The position numbers and the translations under genes were made by a program. Below are positions 1-7,530 of a DNA stretch of 46,251 bases, one piece after another (the stretch's first letter is position 1; each line of letters starts with the position of its first letter). Location of the stretch: the NCBI GenBank assembly GCA_021735655.1, contig JAIPGM010000012.1:1-46251 (forward strand), read 5' to 3'. The notes under the pieces were generated by a model, which was given only the letters and a program-made list of their open reading frames with translations, was not told where the DNA came from and searched no databases. Source of the stretch: Candidatus Omnitrophota bacterium (GTDB taxonomy: Bacteria; Omnitrophota; Gorgyraeia; Duberdicusellales; 4484-171).

Positions 1-141
1 GGTATTTGAAGATTTTAGTAATTTTAAATTACAATCTGATAAAAAAGTTTACCATTTATCTCCAGCCTAATGTAGGGCTTGCGATAAATGGCTTGATATT
101 TTGAGAGTAGAATATACTGGACAATTAACATAGGAGGAATT

Positions 142-783
142 ATGTGGAGTTTAATTTCAAAAACTGGTTCTTTGGTCTGGTTGATGGTGCCAATATTTTT
201 GTGTTCTATTTTTTCTTTAGCGATAACATTAGAGCGGTTATTTTTTTATCTGAGCATTAGAATTAATGTTGTAGACATTGTTTCACAAATATTAGAGCTA
301 GTGCGTAAAAATAAAATAACTGAGGCTATAGATATTTGCGAAAAGTCACCTTTTTATGTTACTAATATTTTGAAGTCTGGGCTCACTCATTATGAAGAGG
401 CTAAAGGTGTTATTCGGGAGGCAATGGAGAACGCTTCTCTTTATGAAATACCCAAGTTGGAAAAAGGTTTGAATTTTTTAAGCACAATAGCACACGTTAC
501 ACCATTGTTAGGCCTTTTGGGTACAGTGGTTGGCTTGGTGCAGTGTTTTTATGTAATTGAACAGAAAACTTCTAGCGTTGGTATGGTTAACCCTTCTGAT
601 CTAGCTAACGGAATCTGGATAGCTCTATTAACCACTGTGGCCGGATTATTGGTAGCGATCCCAAGTTATATTATGTATAACTATTTCATTCATAAGGTTA
701 ATTCAGCAACTTTGGAATCCGAGCGGGCCGCTACAGAACTTCTTGAAGTTCTTCCTCAAAGCAGGTATAGCGATGAAGTTTAA
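142..783 (+). CDS. exbB: MotA/TolQ/ExbB family proton-channel protein
   Basis: 213 aa with three predicted TM helices. The conserved C-terminal MotA/ExbB core is present (…TPLLGLLGTVVGL…). AGGAGG SD at 133-138 and ATG at 142. Confidence 0.85.
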   Translation: MWSLISKTGSLVWLMVPIFLCSIFSLAITLERLFFYLSIRINVVDIVSQILELVRKNKITEAIDICEKSPFYVTNILKSGLTHYEEAKGVIREAMENASLYEIPKLEKGLNFLSTIAHVTPLLGLLGTVVGLVQCFYVIEQKTSSVGMVNPSDLANGIWIALLTTVAGLLVAIPSYIMYNYFIHKVNSATLESERAATELLEVLPQSRYSDEV

Positions 784-1171
784 AAAACGCGCCCGTGTAG
801 AGGCGGGGTTACGTCAAATTGATATAGTTCCCTTGATTGATTGTGTTTTTCTTCTGTTGATATTTTTCATGTTAACATCAAATTTTGTTGTGATTCCTGG
901 AGTTAATGTGAACCTTCCTAAGGTTTTAACTTCCGAATCAGTCGACGGTAGAACTCTAACGATTACCATTTCTAGCGAGGATATTATTTATTTAAAAGAT
1001 AAGCCCTATAGTCTTCGTGATGTTGAGGATTTCATTAAGGAGGAGAAAATTAGTTCTATTTTTATTAAAGCCGATCGAGACGCAAGTTTTGGGATATTCA
1101 CAAAGATTTATGATATTTGCAAGAGGCTGAGTATAGTAAAGATTAGCTACGCAACTACCTATGATGACTAG
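773..1171 (+). CDS. exbD: ExbD/TolR family biopolymer transport protein
   Basis: Single N-terminal TM helix (IDIVPLIDCVFLLLIFFML), typical of ExbD/TolR, followed by a periplasmic domain. I prefer the internal ATG at 773 over the track start at 743, which overlaps exbB by 41 nt. Confidence 0.8.
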   Translation: MKFKKRARVEAGLRQIDIVPLIDCVFLLLIFFMLTSNFVVIPGVNVNLPKVLTSESVDGRTLTITISSEDIIYLKDKPYSLRDVEDFIKEEKISSIFIKADRDASFGIFTKIYDICKRLSIVKISYATTYDD

Positions 1172-1227
1172 ATGATGCCTGCTTTACATCCTCGATTTTA
1201 ACCTCACTCGGTTTTAAAATAATTACT

Positions 1228-1815
1228 ATGTCAGTAAAAATTATATCTTTTGGGAAAAGACATTTTGTATCGTTGTTCGTATCTATTTCTCTTTTTTTGC
1301 ATTTTATTTTTGTTTTTTGGTGTTCATTTTATATAGAAACCGCCCCTAGTCCCTCAGTTTATGCCTGGACGAATATTATTGGAAAGAAGGATTTATTTTT
1401 TGAGAAAAAGTTAATTCAATTTCCAGAAAAAGCCTTCTCTTCGGTGGATCCATTGCGTAGAGAGTATTTTTCAGCTTCTTTTTTAAACGAAGATTATTTC
1501 CAACGCAAACATAAAGAACAGATAGATATTTTGCCTTACGTTAGCAAAGTTTCCTTCGATGATGCTATTTTGAGTCAAAAGCGAAAGCAGTATGTCTACC
1601 TTTGGGAGAGGAACGCGGTTTTGTCTTCTTGGGAAGAGGAGGTCATTCCTTATCGAGTTTATGTTTCCAATCATGGACGGGTGATTTTTCTATATCCGGA
1701 AAAATTATCAGTTAATTCTTATGAAAATTTGAATTTTCAGGACTATATTCGGGAATCTACTCAATTTCTAGGGGATAAATTTTTCTGGACAAAATTAGAG
1801 GCAGTAGTAAAATAA
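1228..1815 (+). CDS. hypothetical membrane-anchored protein (candidate TonB/TolA-like partner of ExbBD, but lacking a Pro-rich linker or TonB-C signature)
   Basis: 195 aa with an N-terminal hydrophobic helix (VSLFVSISLFLHFIFVFWCSF) and a soluble C-terminal region with no recognisable motif. Position is immediately downstream of exbB-exbD. Confidence 0.5.
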   Translation: MSVKIISFGKRHFVSLFVSISLFLHFIFVFWCSFYIETAPSPSVYAWTNIIGKKDLFFEKKLIQFPEKAFSSVDPLRREYFSASFLNEDYFQRKHKEQIDILPYVSKVSFDDAILSQKRKQYVYLWERNAVLSSWEEEVIPYRVYVSNHGRVIFLYPEKLSVNSYENLNFQDYIRESTQFLGDKFFWTKLEAVVK

Positions 1816-2037
1816 ATGAGTATTGGACTTGCGTTTTTTGCCGGGATATTACTTAGCGGCTCAGTGGTTGTAGCTTTTCTTTTGGAGTATTTTAACAACC
1901 GCAAGTTTGCTAAAATGCGAAAAAATACTAACCTCAAGCGGCAAAAATGCGAGGTCTGTGCAGAGGTTTATTTTGTTTCAATATTGTCTGAGTTTTGGCG
2001 TTGTCCACGTTGTGATAGTATAAATAAAGAAAAATGA
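1816..2037 (+). CDS. small membrane protein with C-terminal zinc-ribbon (CxxC-x17-CxxC)
   Basis: 73 aa. N-terminal TM helix (LAFFAGILLSGSVVVAFLL), then CEVC…CPRC. Start abuts the stop of the upstream ORF and the gene overlaps the next ORF by 4 nt, suggesting translational coupling. Confidence 0.45.
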   Translation: MSIGLAFFAGILLSGSVVVAFLLEYFNNRKFAKMRKNTNLKRQKCEVCAEVYFVSILSEFWRCPRCDSINKEK

Positions 2038-2258
2038 TTACTGAAATAGGAATTATAGCTGGTGAGATTTGGCATTTTCTAGATAAACATGGAATGGTTA
2101 GTCTTCATAAACTAATCGTTGGTATTGAAAAGCCAAAAGAATTAGTTTTAATGAGCTTGGGCTGGTTGGCCCGCGAAGGCCATGTTTTGGTAGAATTTAA
2201 AGACCCTGACTACGTAATCTCTTTGCGGGAAGAGAATAAATCCAGCAAAGCGGAGTAG
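2034..2258 (+). CDS. small winged-helix (wHTH) DNA-binding-like protein
   Basis: 74 aa. The pattern (…GEIWHFLDKHGMVSLHKL…LVLMSLGWLAREGHV…) resembles small wHTH proteins. No close family is recognised by eye. Confidence 0.4.
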   Translation: MITEIGIIAGEIWHFLDKHGMVSLHKLIVGIEKPKELVLMSLGWLAREGHVLVEFKDPDYVISLREENKSSKAE

Positions 2259-2335
2259 TTTCTAATATTTTAAGTAGTTATCCCGCCATTTTTTACCCAT
2301 TTATTTTTTAAAAGTAGTTTTGGTGCCAAATCGGT

Positions 2336-2408
2336 GGGGCCGTAGTTCAGTTGGGAGAACGCCTCGTTCGCAACGAGGAGGTCGGCGGTTCGACTCCGCT
2401 CGGCTCCA
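2336..2408 (+). tRNA. tRNA-Ala (anticodon CGC)
   Basis: 73-nt cloverleaf: acceptor GGGGCCG/CGGCTCC with G3:U70 Ala identity pair, anticodon loop TTCGCAA, T-loop TTCGACT, discriminator A. CCA is not encoded. Confidence 0.9.
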
Positions 2409-2435
2409 TGGAAATAAACAATAAGTTAGGGAAAT

Positions 2436-3152
2436 ATGTCAAAGATAAGAATGTATATTGAGCCTGGTCAAATTGAAGAGTTTATTCAGTTGAAGAATAG
2501 GGATGCTGTCCATAAGTTAAAAGATGTCCTGAGGCTTAAAGAATCAGATTGTCTTTGTTTTTTTGACGGCCGCGGGAAGGAGTATGTTTATCATATTGAG
2601 GAATTGTCCAAGAAGTCAATCTTGCTGAAACAAGAAAAGTTGTTACGATCGGAGCCTCATCCGACCAAACAAGTAACCTTAGCTTTTCCTCTTGAGCGAG
2701 AGGAAAGGGTAGATTTTATTTTGCAGAAGTGTACTGAGCTGGGAGCCTTAAGGTTTATTCCCTTTGTTTGTCAGCGGAGCATCCAGAGAAAGCCATCAGC
2801 TAATAAACTGGCTAGATGGAAGAAAATAATTAACGAAGCTACTCGGCAGTCACAACGTTTATGGATTCCGAAGATAGAAGAAACTTTAGATTTTTTGGAT
2901 CTAGCTAAAGTCAAGTCGGATTTAAAGCTGGTTGGAAATATTTCCGGTAAAACTATAAGTAGAAAGTTTGATAAAAAGATTAAAGATGTTTTAATAGCTA
3001 TCGGTCCAGTCGGAGATTTTTCAGATCAAGAGTATCAAGAATTTAAGAGTCAAGGTTTTAGTTCGGTTAAACTTTCGGCGAACCTCTTGCGTACCGAAAC
3101 CGCTGCTATGTTTTCGGTAGGGTTATTAAATAATTTTCTAGATGAAGGTTAA
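2436..3152 (+). CDS. rsmE: 16S rRNA (uracil1498-N3)-methyltransferase RsmE family
   Basis: 238 aa with RsmE-like N-terminal PUA-like and C-terminal SPOUT regions (…IAIGPVGDFSDQE…LGLLRTETAA…). Confidence 0.8.
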   Translation: MSKIRMYIEPGQIEEFIQLKNRDAVHKLKDVLRLKESDCLCFFDGRGKEYVYHIEELSKKSILLKQEKLLRSEPHPTKQVTLAFPLEREERVDFILQKCTELGALRFIPFVCQRSIQRKPSANKLARWKKIINEATRQSQRLWIPKIEETLDFLDLAKVKSDLKLVGNISGKTISRKFDKKIKDVLIAIGPVGDFSDQEYQEFKSQGFSSVKLSANLLRTETAAMFSVGLLNNFLDEG

Positions 3153-4392
3153 ATTTTTTACTCTAGGTTGCAAGGTTAATCAGTATGAAACTCAAGGTTT
3201 AAAAGAGAAACTGTTTGAATTTGGATTTAGTGAAACCGACAAAAAAGCGGACCTTTATGTGATTAATACTTGCACGGTTACTCATCGGGCAGATTCAAAA
3301 TCCCGCCAGGCAATTAAACAGGCCAAAAAAGAAAATCCTTTGGCAAAAATAGCGGTTTGCGGTTGTTTGCCGCAACTTAATCGAGCGGTAATAGAAAAAA
3401 TAGGTGCTGATTATATCGTTTCTCAAGGCGATAAGCATCTTTTGCCGGAAATTATTAGCGGAGATTTATCTGGCCAGAAGTTAAAAACAGACAGTAATGA
3501 TATATGGTCATTGAAGATAACTCATTTCAATAATCAACGTGCTTTTGTTAAAATTCAAGATGGTTGTAGTAATTTTTGCAGTTTTTGTAAAATACCTCAT
3601 TTAAGGGGGCCATCGCGCAGCCGAGCGAAAAATCAAGTTATTGCCGAATGTTTAAGGATTTCCAAATTGCACAAGGAAATCGTTCTTTGCGGGGTTAATC
3701 TAAGTCTTTGGGGTCGTGATTTTAATCCAGCCACATCTTTAGCTGATTTGGTTGAAGAAATCTTAACGATTCCATCTTTGGGTAGGCTTCGTTTGAGTTC
3801 GCTTGAGTCGAAGTTTATCGATGAAAAGCTAATTTCACTTTTTAATAATCGAAAACTTTGTTCGCATGTGCATTTACCTTTTCAATACGGGGACGATCGA
3901 ATACTTACTGAAATGAATAAAAAAGAAACCGTGGCCTTATATGAAGATAAAGTTTTTCAGCTAAGAGCGATAAAACCGCAAATTGGCTTAAGTTGCGATA
4001 TTATAGTTGGCTTCCCGGGGGAAGACCAAGAGAGATTTGAAAATACAGTAGCATTTTTAAAGCGTCTTGAGCCGATGCGAATGCATATATTTAGTTTTTC
4101 ACCCCGCGAGGGGACTAAATTTTCTAAACTAAGTTTAACCAATCAGAAAGAGACTAAGCTTCGGTTTGACGCCTTAAGAAAACTTGCTGATCAGTTTTCC
4201 TTTAAATATGCGCAGAAGTTTTTAGGAGAAGAGCTTGAAGTGGTTATCGAAGAAAAGAGTCGAGGTTTTGCTTGCGGATATACTGAAAATTATATTAAGG
4301 TTTATATAAAAGATGAAGTTTCTTTGGGGGATATTATTCGAGTGAGAATAGAGGAAATCAAAAATAATAAGGTTTTTGCCCATGCGTCTTAA
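3142..4392 (+). CDS. mtaB: tRNA threonylcarbamoyladenosine methylthiotransferase (MiaB-like radical SAM MTTase, MtaB type)
   Basis: N-terminal MTTase Cys motif (FTLGCKVNQYET…INTCTV). Radical-SAM CxxxCxxC (CSNFCSFC). C-terminal TRAM-like segment. Confidence 0.75.
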   Translation: MKVKFFTLGCKVNQYETQGLKEKLFEFGFSETDKKADLYVINTCTVTHRADSKSRQAIKQAKKENPLAKIAVCGCLPQLNRAVIEKIGADYIVSQGDKHLLPEIISGDLSGQKLKTDSNDIWSLKITHFNNQRAFVKIQDGCSNFCSFCKIPHLRGPSRSRAKNQVIAECLRISKLHKEIVLCGVNLSLWGRDFNPATSLADLVEEILTIPSLGRLRLSSLESKFIDEKLISLFNNRKLCSHVHLPFQYGDDRILTEMNKKETVALYEDKVFQLRAIKPQIGLSCDIIVGFPGEDQERFENTVAFLKRLEPMRMHIFSFSPREGTKFSKLSLTNQKETKLRFDALRKLADQFSFKYAQKFLGEELEVVIEEKSRGFACGYTENYIKVYIKDEVSLGDIIRVRIEEIKNNKVFAHAS

Positions 4393-5083
4393 TCTTTATA
4401 TTGCTAAATCCGGTATAGCTAGCCGGAGATCTGCCGATCAGTTAGTCTCCTCGGGCAAAGTCACAATAAATGATTGTCGAGTTGATAAACCATTTATTAA
4501 AGTCAGAGACAATGATCAAGTCAGGGTTTCTGGTGAGTTAATAAAATTAAAAGAGTATAGTTATCTTCTATTTAACAAACCTAAAGGTGTAACAACGACG
4601 CTTAGCGATAGGTTTGCTAACAAGACGGTAGTTGATTTTATTCCTAAAAAGTATCACGGGTTGTATCCAGTCGGCAGATTGGACAAGAATTCTCACGGCT
4701 TGCTTATCCTTACCAATGATGGCGATTTTTGCTATAAGCTAACTCATCCGAAATTTTCAGTAGAGAAAGAATATCTTATCAAGTTAAGAGGAGCATTAAA
4801 ATTCCCTGATCGACAAAAAGCAAAGCAGGGTGTTAGAGACGCAGGCGATCTATTAAAAGTTAAGAAAATAATGATGCTAAGTAGAGATAAGGAAAATACT
4901 CTTTGTAAGGTTATAATCTCTGAAGGCAAGAAAAGGCATTTGAGAAGGTTATTTAAACAGTTGGGTTACCGGGTGCTAGATTTAAAGAGAGTAAGAGTGG
5001 GTGGCTTAGTTATCGGTAGTTTAAAGACAGGCAAATATAGAATATTGGCCGAAGCTGAGCTAGAAAAGGCATTGGCTGGGTGA
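4382..5083 (+). CDS. rRNA pseudouridine synthase (RsuA/RluB family, S4 domain + catalytic domain)
   Basis: N-terminal S4 RNA-binding motif (MRLNLYIAKSGIASRR…). Catalytic motif with conserved Asp (VGRLDKNSHGLLILTNDG). Start taken at ATG 4382, in frame with track ORF 4376. Confidence 0.8.
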   Translation: MRLNLYIAKSGIASRRSADQLVSSGKVTINDCRVDKPFIKVRDNDQVRVSGELIKLKEYSYLLFNKPKGVTTTLSDRFANKTVVDFIPKKYHGLYPVGRLDKNSHGLLILTNDGDFCYKLTHPKFSVEKEYLIKLRGALKFPDRQKAKQGVRDAGDLLKVKKIMMLSRDKENTLCKVIISEGKKRHLRRLFKQLGYRVLDLKRVRVGGLVIGSLKTGKYRILAEAELEKALAG

Positions 5084-5127
5084 GAAATAGCTTGAAAATT
5101 AACCTTAAGATGTTAGGATAAGTACCT

Positions 5128-5919
5128 ATGACAGTTCCAATAACAGCAGTAATAATTAGTAAAAATGAGGCTGAGCGAATAAAGGATTGTCTTGAGTCAG
5201 TGGCTAGTTGGGCTCAGGAAATAATTTTAGTTGACGATGAAAGTAGTGACCAAACTCGTCAGATCGCCGCAAACTATACCGATAAGATACTGGTTCGTAA
5301 AATGGAGGTTGAAGGCAAACATCGTAATTGGGCTTATGCTCAGAGCTCAAATGATTGGGTTTTAAGTTTAGATGCTGACGAGCGTTTAACCCCCGAGCTT
5401 AAGGCTGAGATTGAGGTAGTTTTTGATCAGCTTACCGATGAGGTTGCTTTTACTATTCCTAGAAAGAACTTTCTTGGTGATTATTGGTTGCGTTGGGCCG
5501 GTCAGTACCCTTCAGCCCAGCTAAAACTTTTTAAAAAGAGTAAGTTTAAATGGGAGGAGGTTGAAGTCCATCCAAGAGCTTTTTTAAAAGGTAAAACTAC
5601 GCCGCTTAAAGAACCACTTCTGCACTATACTTATCGTGATTTTGGGGATTTTTTAAAAAAATTAAATAACCAAACTACACTTGAGGCAAAAAAATGGTTT
5701 GATGTTTATAAAGCTGACCCTAAGAAAGCAAATTACAAAATGAACTTAACCCATGCTTTGTGGCGTTACAACGATCGTTTTTTTCGTGCTTATTTGAGAA
5801 AAAAGGGTTGGCGAGATGGTTTTAGGGGATTTATGGTTTCTTTTTTTGCAGCCTTGTATCAGATAATTTCTTATGCTAAATATTGGGAAATAAAGAATCG
5901 GTTTAATCAAAATAAATGA
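5128..5919 (+). CDS. family 2 glycosyltransferase (LPS-core WaaE/KdtX-like)
   Basis: 263 aa. N-terminal GT-A fold motifs (VIISKNEAERI…VDDESSDQT…SLDADE). Confidence 0.75.
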   Translation: MTVPITAVIISKNEAERIKDCLESVASWAQEIILVDDESSDQTRQIAANYTDKILVRKMEVEGKHRNWAYAQSSNDWVLSLDADERLTPELKAEIEVVFDQLTDEVAFTIPRKNFLGDYWLRWAGQYPSAQLKLFKKSKFKWEEVEVHPRAFLKGKTTPLKEPLLHYTYRDFGDFLKKLNNQTTLEAKKWFDVYKADPKKANYKMNLTHALWRYNDRFFRAYLRKKGWRDGFRGFMVSFFAALYQIISYAKYWEIKNRFNQNK

Positions 5920-6467
5920 AACCAATAGTCTTTATTGATCGCGATGGCGTAATCAATGAATACCCCGGTCATGGAAATTACGTAACCAGCAAGCAGGAGT
6001 TTAGATTCATTCCCGGAAGCCTTGAAGCGATTCGTAAGTTTAGCGAAGAAGGATTTAAGCTTTACGTGGTTTCTAATCAAGCCGGAGTTGCTAAAGGTTT
6101 GTATGCTCAGAAGGACTTAGATGAAATAAATGCAAAAATACTGCAGTCAGTCGAAAAAATTGGCGGGAATATTTCTGGTATTTATTATTGTACCCATCTT
6201 CCTGGCGATGATTGTGATTGCCGGAAACCTAAAACCGGTCTTTTAAAGAAAGCCCAGGAAGATAGCTTTATGATTTGCGATAAGTCAATATTTATTGGCG
6301 ATTCATTTATGGACATGGAAGCTGCCCGCAATTTTGGAGCAAAATCAGTTTTGGTCCTTTCCGGAAGAGAGAAAATAGCTAATCGTGATAATTGGAAATT
6401 TGAACCGGATTATGTATTTGATAATCTTCTTTTGGCCGCACATTATTTAATTTCTCATTATGCCTAA
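5916..6467 (+). CDS. gmhB: HAD-IIIA phosphatase, D,D-heptose 1,7-bisphosphate phosphatase (GmhB)-like
   Basis: HAD motif I DRDGV at the N-terminus. Cys cluster C-x-H…CDC, typical of GmhB zinc site. Length 183 aa. Confidence 0.7.
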   Translation: MKPIVFIDRDGVINEYPGHGNYVTSKQEFRFIPGSLEAIRKFSEEGFKLYVVSNQAGVAKGLYAQKDLDEINAKILQSVEKIGGNISGIYYCTHLPGDDCDCRKPKTGLLKKAQEDSFMICDKSIFIGDSFMDMEAARNFGAKSVLVLSGREKIANRDNWKFEPDYVFDNLLLAAHYLISHYA

Positions 6468-7527
6468 AACTATAGTTATTTATGCCAGCTTTGGACATGG
6501 CCATAAAATGGCTGCTCAAGCTTTAGGCAAGGTGCTTGATGCTCCGGTTTGCGATTTATTAAGTTTCTGCTCACCTTTTATTGGCAAGATTTATTCCGGA
6601 TTGTATAGTTTTATAAGCCATCATTTCCGCCACCTTTGGCAGGTTACCTTTTTTTTAACTAAAACAAAGTTTATTTCTTATCTGGTTAATTTGCTGCATA
6701 GGGCTTTATTTGCATCTTTATTTAAGTATTTGCATCGTGAGGCACCGGATGTGATCATTACTACGCATTTTTTCCCGGCCGATTTGGCTGCCTATATCAA
6801 GCATGAAATAGAGTTTAAATTGATATCGGTAATTACTGATAGCAGAGTCCATCCGTTATGGGTTAATTCTGATATAGATTATTATTTTGCTACTTTTGAG
6901 ATAACCAAGAGTGACCTAATTTCTTTAGGTGTTGAGGCAGATAAAATTGTTAGCGGTTTTGTGCCACTACGTGAAGGCTTCAGAAGTAATCTTTCGCACC
7001 AGGAGCTTTATAAACAGTTCAATTTAGATCCGCTACCGACGGTTCTTTTTGTTTCGTCTTCAATGGGGGTATTTCCGTTTCTTAAGAAATCGCTAGATAT
7101 TTTATTAAAAGACTTTAATGTTTTCGTAATTTATGGCAGTAATCAAAAACTGCGTCGTTATCTCGAGGGAGCTAACTCTGAACGGTTACGTTTTTTTCCT
7201 TTTTATGAGAAGATATGGGAACTTATATTTTTGAGTTCAGTTATTATCACCAAGCCCGGAGGCATGACTATTTTTGAAAGTGTTCATTGCAGAAAACCCT
7301 TTATTTTTACTCACTATATACCTGGTCAAGAAAAAGAAAATATGGATGTGCTGATTGAAGCTGGGGTCGCTAAGTTTGTTAAGAACCGTCGAGATTTCTT
7401 GAGTGTTGTTTGTTCACTGAGCAAAAAACATGAACAATTTCAAAATAGTTATCCTTTTGAGCTTAAAGATGTCCAGCCAGTATTAAGCGATTTAATTCAA
7501 AATTGCCTCTCTAAAGACAAAATTTAA
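6460..7527 (+). CDS. GT28 family glycosyltransferase (MGDG-synthase / MurG-like)
   Basis: N-terminal GHGH motif (YASFGHGHKMAAQAL) typical of MGDG synthase-like GT-B enzymes. C-terminal GT28 domain. Confidence 0.65.
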   Translation: MPKTIVIYASFGHGHKMAAQALGKVLDAPVCDLLSFCSPFIGKIYSGLYSFISHHFRHLWQVTFFLTKTKFISYLVNLLHRALFASLFKYLHREAPDVIITTHFFPADLAAYIKHEIEFKLISVITDSRVHPLWVNSDIDYYFATFEITKSDLISLGVEADKIVSGFVPLREGFRSNLSHQELYKQFNLDPLPTVLFVSSSMGVFPFLKKSLDILLKDFNVFVIYGSNQKLRRYLEGANSERLRFFPFYEKIWELIFLSSVIITKPGGMTIFESVHCRKPFIFTHYIPGQEKENMDVLIEAGVAKFVKNRRDFLSVVCSLSKKHEQFQNSYPFELKDVQPVLSDLIQNCLSKDKI

Positions 7528-7530
7528 GTA

